DNA of 57,586 nucleotides, the filler included, from Dugesia japonica (Eukaryota): assembly GCA_001938525.1 (NCBI GenBank). It is 6 parts of 6 records of this genome, joined end to end, with 100 filler letters (N's around TTAATTAATTAA, not from the genome) between each part and the next. Parts side by side here need not be neighbours in the genome. Positions count along the whole stretch, not along the records: positions 48,510 to 57,586 come from MQRL01607861.1; 5 more parts are not named here. The stretch is one strand, 5' to 3'. The position numbers were made by a program, and so were the translations under genes. Below the pieces are notes generated by a model, which searched no databases, was not told where the DNA came from, and saw only the letters and a list, made by a program, of their open reading frames with translations. Position 1 is the stretch's first letter; every line of letters begins with the position of its first letter. Below, piece by piece: positions 51,274 through 57,586 of this stretch.

Positions 51274-51693
51274 CTATTTATTAAATGTAAAATCTAATTG
51301 ATCATATAAAATTTTCATTTCAGATATTATCATGTCAAACTCACTATGTTGGATTGAATATAAAAAGTAAATACATAATACACCACATATTTTAGTACCA
51401 AAATGTTGTACTTGAATTTCATAATATTTGGTGACATAACTTTCAATTTGTTCTAAAGGTTTTAAACCAAATGAGTCAAAGTAAAATCCATTAGTGTAAC
51501 ATGTCCAATGTATTCCATTTTGATTTGAGTTTTGATAATTAAAAATAATATTTCCATCTAATATATCAGGTATCTCATTCTTCATATAAATCTCAAGTGG
51601 TATATCTAAAAAGTTAGCAATTGAATATAAATCAAAATTTGTAGTTGTGTTAATTCCAAATGTTTTCAAGAAATCTTTTAAGTTGTATTCCAT
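51274..51693 (-). CDS. Adenain-like cysteine maturation protease
   Basis: GIHWTCY, YFDSFG and Q......CG give an intact His/Asp/Gln/Cys catalytic set. Confidence 0.92.
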   Translation of the reverse strand: MEYNLKDFLKTFGINTTTNFDLYSIANFLDIPLEIYMKNEIPDILDGNIIFNYQNSNQNGIHWTCYTNGFYFDSFGLKPLEQIESYVTKYYEIQVQHFGTKICGVLCIYFLYSIQHSEFDMIISEMKILYDQLDFTFNK

Positions 51694-52003
51694 TTTCTAA
51701 ATGTAAAATGTTGATATCATTTTCTAAATTATCAATACTATTATTTAAATCATCAATTTCATTATTTAAATGTTCGATNNNNNNNNNNNNNNNNNNNNNN
51801 NNNNNNNNNNNNNNNNNNNNNNNNNNNNNNNNNNNNNNNNNNNNNNNNNNNNNNNNNNNNNNNNNNNNNNNNNNNNNNNNNNNNNNNNNNNNNNNNNNNN
51901 NNNNNNNNNNNNNNNNNNNNNNNNNNNNNNNNNNNNNNNNNNNNNNNNNNNNNNNNNNNNNNNNNNNNNNNNNNNNNNNNNNNNNNNNNNNNNNNNNNNN
52001 NNN

Positions 52004-52492
52004 ATGTAATAAATTTATTTGTTCAGTTTCACCTGTTTCAGATTTTACATAATTGCCTTTAACAATGTTACATGTTACATTTATTGTGTTAATATGTGAA
52101 ATGTCAACTTTATTTTCTGATAAGTATTCACCCGGTTGATAAGTTTTAACATCGAAACCTAAGATTTTATGGAAGAAAGATTTATCATTAAAAGTTAATA
52201 TCTTTTTTGTATTCATGATACATTTGGCAGTAGATATATCAGCTGTAACCTCTATTTCATATTTCTTTTTTAATTTTTCAGAAATTTCTTTAACTTCATA
52301 TGATCCAGGTTCAAGTGTATAATCTTTACTATCAACAGTAAATTTATTATTTAATTTTGAAATATTAAAAATAACATTGAATACACTAAAACATAATAAT
52401 CCAAGTTCATACTCAGAATCTAATTCTATAGGATATTTCAAATTAATTATTAAATCTTGTTCTTTACCTACTACTTAGAATTGATGTGACAT
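52004..52492 (-). CDS. Minor capsid protein (penton); in-frame TAA at codon 6; 3' end lies in a gap
   Basis: MSHQF*VVG...YPIELDSEYELGL...NI...NNKF...LEPGSYE...ILGF...INVTCNIVKGNY matches the Polinton penton pattern. Confidence 0.8.
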
Positions 52493-52549
52493 TTTATATA
52501 AAATAAAAAATAGCCACGAAGATTGTTGAATGTTAACATGTAACATGTT

Positions 52550-53488
52550 TCACTTAAAGTATTTCATTTTATATTTATCATAAATCTTGTTAGATATTAA
52601 ACCCATCATCTTTAATTTTTTAAATACCTTTTTAATTTCACCAGATAGATTATCATGTCCAGATTTTGCAGCTGATATTAATAATGTTAACTTTTCAAAT
52701 AAGTTAATTGGACTTAGATTTAGAGATTTACCTTCCTTTGGTTTATCTTCTATTGGTTTATCTTCTATTGGTTTATCTTGTCCAGTTGTGGGTGTAGTGA
52801 TTACTTTTTTACCACTTTTTTGTCTAAGTTTTGGTGGATGTATTATTGATTTTAAATATTTAATATATTCATTATTAATTGGTGAATTTTTTACTATATC
52901 ATTTAAATATATTTCAATATATTTTTTTGTGTCTTCATCATTTCCTATTTTTTCTTTTTTACCACAAATTATATCCACAATTTTCTCTGAATATTCATGA
53001 AGTTTACCTTTAACTGAAAAATATGGTTTTTTATCAAGATTAAAGAAAAATAAAGTCACGTCACTATCTTTATAAAGTAATCTTGTAAATTTTTTATTAA
53101 TCATAAATTCTGCTATACCAAATAAAGGTAATATTTTTCCTTTTATTACATTTTTATTAATTTCTATAATAGGATGAAATGGTGTTGTATTTTCTTCTAA
53201 TAATAAATTTAGAAAAGCTTCATTTAACATTGTTAATTCTAATTTATATTTATTTTTATTATATGTTTTAAATTTTCCATCTATTGTTTCGGGTTGAACT
53301 ATTGTTCGATCTATTATTGGTTTAGATTTTTCTATTGCTGTAATTATTGGTTTTTGCATGACAGATAATTCACTTTGTAAGTTTCTTGAATCAATAACAT
53401 TACCACAGAAAAAATCATTATATTTCTTTTGAGCATCAATTAAAGATTTTAATTCTTGAATTCTTTCATTAACCTGTCTCGTGTCCAT
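52550..53488 (-). CDS. Conserved Polinton/adintovirus protein of unknown function (312 aa)
   Basis: C-terminal P..L.EKL.LL..A..SGH....EI......L...GLI resembles the 'RL.LL....AGN' motif of Polinton proteins. It carries a DKPIE repeat. Confidence 0.65.
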   Translation of the reverse strand: MDTRQVNERIQELKSLIDAQKKYNDFFCGNVIDSRNLQSELSVMQKPIITAIEKSKPIIDRTIVQPETIDGKFKTYNKNKYKLELTMLNEAFLNLLLEENTTPFHPIIEINKNVIKGKILPLFGIAEFMINKKFTRLLYKDSDVTLFFFNLDKKPYFSVKGKLHEYSEKIVDIICGKKEKIGNDEDTKKYIEIYLNDIVKNSPINNEYIKYLKSIIHPPKLRQKSGKKVITTPTTGQDKPIEDKPIEDKPKEGKSLNLSPINLFEKLTLLISAAKSGHDNLSGEIKKVFKKLKMMGLISNKIYDKYKMKYFK

Positions 53489-53994
53489 CTCTATTTCTAT
53501 AAGGATTTAAATATATACCTTGACCATTTTTCCATGGTGCTAAAAAAAATACCATTACCATTTTTAATTATTTCAATTCCATCTTTAAAGTTTTTTGTTA
53601 CATCTTTCATGTCTGGATTAATATTTTTAAANNNNNNNNNNNNNNNNNNNNNNNNNNNNNNNNNNNNNNNNNNNNNNNNNNNNNNNNNNNNNNNNNNNNN
53701 NNNNNNNNNNNNNNNNNNNNNNNNNNNNNNNNNNNNNTCTTTTTGTTTTTTAATTGCATCTCTAGAATTTGAAACAGTTGATGCAATTCCAGATGCAATA
53801 CCTGTTGCACCTGCTAATGCACCAATTATTGCAGGTATTGCAGCTAAAAATGCAAATCCACCTTCTTTTGATTGTTTTTTAAGTTCATCTTTAACTTTTT
53901 TACTAATATATTAATTTTTACCATTAATTTTTACAGATTTACATTTCTTGGAATTAACTATCTTTTCTAGTTCTTCTTCTGTTGGATTATCCAT
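53469..53994 (-). pseudogene. Cupiennin-like/core (pVII/pX-like) precursor protein
   Basis: MDNPT...GKN*YISKK...KEGGFAFLAAIPAIIGALAGATGIASGIASTVS...[gap]...GNGIFLAPWKNGQGIYLNPY, with one TAA and one homopolymer frameshift. Confidence 0.75.
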
Positions 53995-53999
53995 TTTAA

Positions 54000-56900
54000 T
54001 TATAAACAATTTAATGTTCGATTTATAATGTCCAATCTTAAATGCCAGATGTCAAATTTTACACAATAACATTTATTACCATGTGGCCAAGTTCTAACAC
54101 CATTATCTTCAATGATTATATTCAAGAATTGTAAATCCTAAATATGGAAATTTGTTAAATTTTAAATTTGTTTTTGTCATGTGAACTGCTGCCATTGTAT
54201 CTATAATTTCACCATCTATTGTGAAACTTTTACTACTTAAATAAGTTGATTTAGATGCATACTTTTGAAATTCTTTATCAGTTCCTACTATTTCTACATT
54301 ACATCTATTCCTAATATTTTCTAGTGTTTTACCATAAAATGAATTATTCATATCTTTAAAGAATGTTACACCAAATTCATCACCATTACATTTAGATATA
54401 TTTCTTTGTTCTATATTAAAAAGTATGTAATCTATTAACCATGGAATTGTTGGTATTTTATATTTACTATGTATCTTTTTTAATTTCATACCTAATTGAA
54501 GATATAAATCTAAAGTTGATCCAAGTATAATGTATTTTTCTTTATCTAGTTGATTCATTCTTAATTTAATATTTTTATCAGTTAATTTTCTATTAAATGA
54601 TTTTTGATAATTACTTAACGTCTCATTTGTAATAATTATTCTGTCTGGCGCAAGTGGGAAATATTTAGTTCTATCATGTATTTCTTTAGGATAATCAAGA
54701 TCAACTTCATATAAATAATTCATTGTATCAGTTGCTATTTCATATGTTAAATTGTTGCATTCAATAAATTCACCTGTTGGTAATGGTTTTGTCATACATG
54801 ATGCATATAGTGAATTTGCATCAAGATATTTTTTATGAGTATCTATAAATAAATCATTAAGATATTCATCAGGAACAAACTCGTGTTCATTTAACATTTT
54901 TATTAGATCTTCAAACTGTGATTTATTTAATTGTTTAGTGTATGGATTTTTAGTATTATCATGACTAAATACTTGACGTTCACCTTCTTCACCAGAATAA
55001 CCACCTCTAACTCCACGTTCAAATTTTAAAAAATGTATCATAAGTTTCTTGTTTAGTGAATTTTAATTTAACTTCTGTAAATTTTGTACCAGCTACCCAT
55101 GTTAATCCAGATGCTGTATAACAATAACTTGGATCTATTTTATAAAAGTTTAAACAAATATTTCTAAAGTTTTCTACATAATCTGTTAAAATTAATACAT
55201 CCAATTTCATATAGTGTAACATGTAACACCACATATTTTCAAAGTTATCATAGTTATTTAAAAATTCTTGATATTCATTGTTTGATATTTCCTTTTGTCT
55301 TAATATATTAAAGAATTCTTTTTGAGTTGGTGTTTGATCTGATTTTAATAATTNNNNNNNNNNNNNNNNNNNNNNNNNNNNNNNNNAATCGTATGGAAAA
55401 TGAGCTTTTTTAGGTCTTAAGTTAAATGATGTTAATATTTCATGATTACTTGATTTAGCTAGTGTATCAGCCATTTTCTCAACTGAAGTTTTACATATTT
55501 TATATGAATCTAGAAATCTAATATTTTTATATTGAAATGCAAAATATTGATCATCTGAATGTGGTATTATTTTCTTTACTTCTTTTGGATGTTTATTTAA
55601 AAGTTGTTTGAAAAATAAATGATTGTCATAACCCATTGCATTATGGAAATAAAATGGGATGAATAGATTCTTTTTACATTTATTTTGAAGATTACATTCT
55701 TCATGTGTATATCCATAAAACTCACCATTGAAATGATTGTGTTCTTTAATTGGTTTTTCTATGATTGGTTTTTCACAATAATAACATTTTGTGTTAGATG
55801 TAAATTCACTATGCTCACCTGTATATTCTTTATGTAACTTGTTAAAAATAACATCTCTAAATTTATTATTAATATATTCAAGAAACTTTATAAAATCATT
55901 AATTACATTTTCTCCTGAGAATTCATAGTATTTACTTTCCATTAAATCTGGATAATCAGATTTTAAATATATTCCTAAACTTAATGGTTGTTGAATATTA
56001 TTTTCTTTGGTGTAACATTCAAAATCTCTATACATAACAAATAGTATTTTATTTTTAAAATAATTATTTTTAAATTCAAAGTATTTCTCTCTGGGAAATA
56101 TAACATTTGCTGTTTTATGATGTATACATTCTTGTTGATGTTTTAATAAAACTTCTATACTTGAATATTGATTCATACAACCTAAACATAAATGATCACC
56201 TGGTTTAACATCAAATAAAGTTTGTACATTTCTAACTAATACATAATGATTTCTATAAATTAACAAATTACATTTATTTTCTTCAGGATTAGGGTTTACA
56301 TCAAAATGTGAAATGTAAAGTGGTGTAATGTTATATTCTCCATTTAATTCAAAAACATTAATATTAAAGTTATTTAACTTTTCTAATTTCTTTACATCTT
56401 CAATTGCTGATGGAAAGTTCATTCCTGTTATTTTTAATTCTGNTAAATGTGGNATATAATTAGTTACACGTCTTGCATTTGGTAAAACATATTTATGTGC
56501 TAGAACTGAATATAATAAACATTTATCATCTTTGTTTTCAATATTAATCAATCCATATCTTTGTATTGGTAAATCACAATAAGTGAAATCACCACCAGTT
56601 AAAGATTGATATTTTTTTAATTCTATTTTAAAATTAATTATGTGATCCATATTCCAATTAGATTCACTTCTTTCTTTATCATGCATATAATTTTCTACTT
56701 CTTCAAACATTTGATTTATTTTTTTAAATATTGATGCTTTGGTATAAACGTTTCTATTTTTAGTGTATGAATAAAACTTAGTTATTCTACCTTCTTTACT
56801 ATTTTGTGAATTTATACCCATTCTCATTTTAAATTTATGACCTAATGCAAAAAACTCTCTAACAATATCTTCTATTTCTAGTTTAATCCTTTCTACTGAT

Positions 56901-57361
56901 CTTAATTTATATCTTTCAATATCTCTTGTCATCTCTAATCTACTATTTAGAAATATTTTAATATTATAATCTGGATATGTTTCATTATTGTAAACATGTT
57001 TAATATGTTTTAGTGGATTTCGATTTTTTACCAATCTATTAATAATTTTCATATGATTTTTACTTTTTAAATGTTCACTTAATAATTCTTAATTTGGTAA
57101 ATGTTTGTCACAAAATTCACAATATAAATTAATATTGGCACATTTAGATTTAGTCATGGGTATATTTAAACCAGATTGTGTTTTAAATTTTTTTTGACAA
57201 ACTTGACATGTTACATAATCTTCTGGATTTATAACTTCACATTTTTTAGATTTGATACGTGAATTTAATCCACGTTTATTTTTAAATGTTTTACTACAAT
57301 TAGAACATGCTAATGTATTCATTTTTATTTCTTCTTTTTTAATTATAAATAATTTAATCAT
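54000..57361 (-). pseudogene. polB: Protein-primed family B DNA polymerase with zinc fingers and an endonuclease-VII-like insert; disrupted
   Basis: Exonuclease motifs DFE, FHN..GYD and Y...DV. Polymerase motifs YLDANSLY and K...NSFYGK. HNH-like CYYC...HNH..G.F.G..H..CN. TAA at 57089-57091, frameshift near 55030, and the YxDTDS region is deleted near 54120. Confidence 0.92.
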
Positions 57362-57394
57362 ATGTTATTTTTTTTCCTCTTAAATTTTTGTCCT

Positions 57395-57586
57395 CTTAAA
57401 TTTTACATGTACCATTTTACATTTTTCATGCTCCATTTTACATGTGACCACTTTTAATATGACATTTAACATATGCATTTAAAATCTTACATGTGTCCAC
57501 TTTTAATGTGCCATTAACATATACATTTAAAATCTTACATTTTACATTTTTCATGCTCCATTTTACATGTGACCACTTTTAATATG
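57395..57586. repeat. Subterminal/promoter tandem repeats upstream of polB
   Basis: Repeated TTACATGTG(A/T)CCACTTTTAAT, TTTTACATTTTTCATGCTCCA and CATTTAAAATCTTACAT units. Confidence 0.8.

Larger units (their letters stand above)
48510..57586. mobile_element. Endogenous Polinton/Maverick (beta-adintovirus-like) element, partial and decaying
   Basis: Intronless, tightly packed cluster of pPolB, adenain, penton-like, GasderminX-like, cupiennin-like and ATPase-tail genes. Major capsid, integrase and TIRs are not within the contig. Confidence 0.93.

Noticed and set aside
51650-52441. 263-aa ORF as a single penton-coiled-coil fusion
   Set aside because: It is bridged by a 225-N gap. The post-gap coiled-coil segment is probably a separate gene.
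51001-53914. Plus-strand ORFs at 51001, 51660, 52587 and 53456
   Set aside because: They are antisense shadows of the minus-strand viral genes.
52475-57091. Three in-frame TAA codons in viral genes (52475, 53911, 57089) suggesting stop-codon reassignment or readthrough
   Set aside because: The same element has frameshifts and a deletion, and TAA terminates ORFs at 48708 and 49906. AT-biased decay explains the stops more simply. Worth revisiting only if sister copies share the same TAAs.

Overview
Very AT-rich animal-type genomic DNA with short GT-AG introns and (ATT)n tracts. It looks planarian/invertebrate-like, but the host cannot be confirmed. The window is six contigs of about 9-10 kb joined by 100-bp artificial spacers (N44-TTAATTAATTAA-N44), so adjacency across spacers means nothing. 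Contig 1 (1-9923) holds the 3' end of an LTR retroelement with a RING-finger relic and PPT. Its LTR is interrupted by an inverted, related 3.86-kb TG...CA element with a 4-bp TSD that carries several orphan ORFs. Polinton-like termini and a possible parvovirus-like helicase relic follow. Contig 2 contains the only clear host gene, LSM14/RAP55, with intronic hAT, DD39D-like mariner, Penelope-type hammerhead hairpin and piggyBac relics. Contigs 3-5 are transposon debris: Gypsy, Utopia/NeSL-like non-LTR, mariner, pogo/Tigger, Tc1, Merlin, hAT, piggyBac and Penelope. Contig 6 (48510-57586) is entirely a decaying endogenous Polinton/Maverick (beta-adintovirus-like) virus. It encodes pPolB, a cupiennin/core-like protein, penton, adenain, fibre-like, GasderminX-like and Oncoid-like proteins, and the tail of a packaging ATPase. 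All family calls come from manual motif recognition; no database searches were run.
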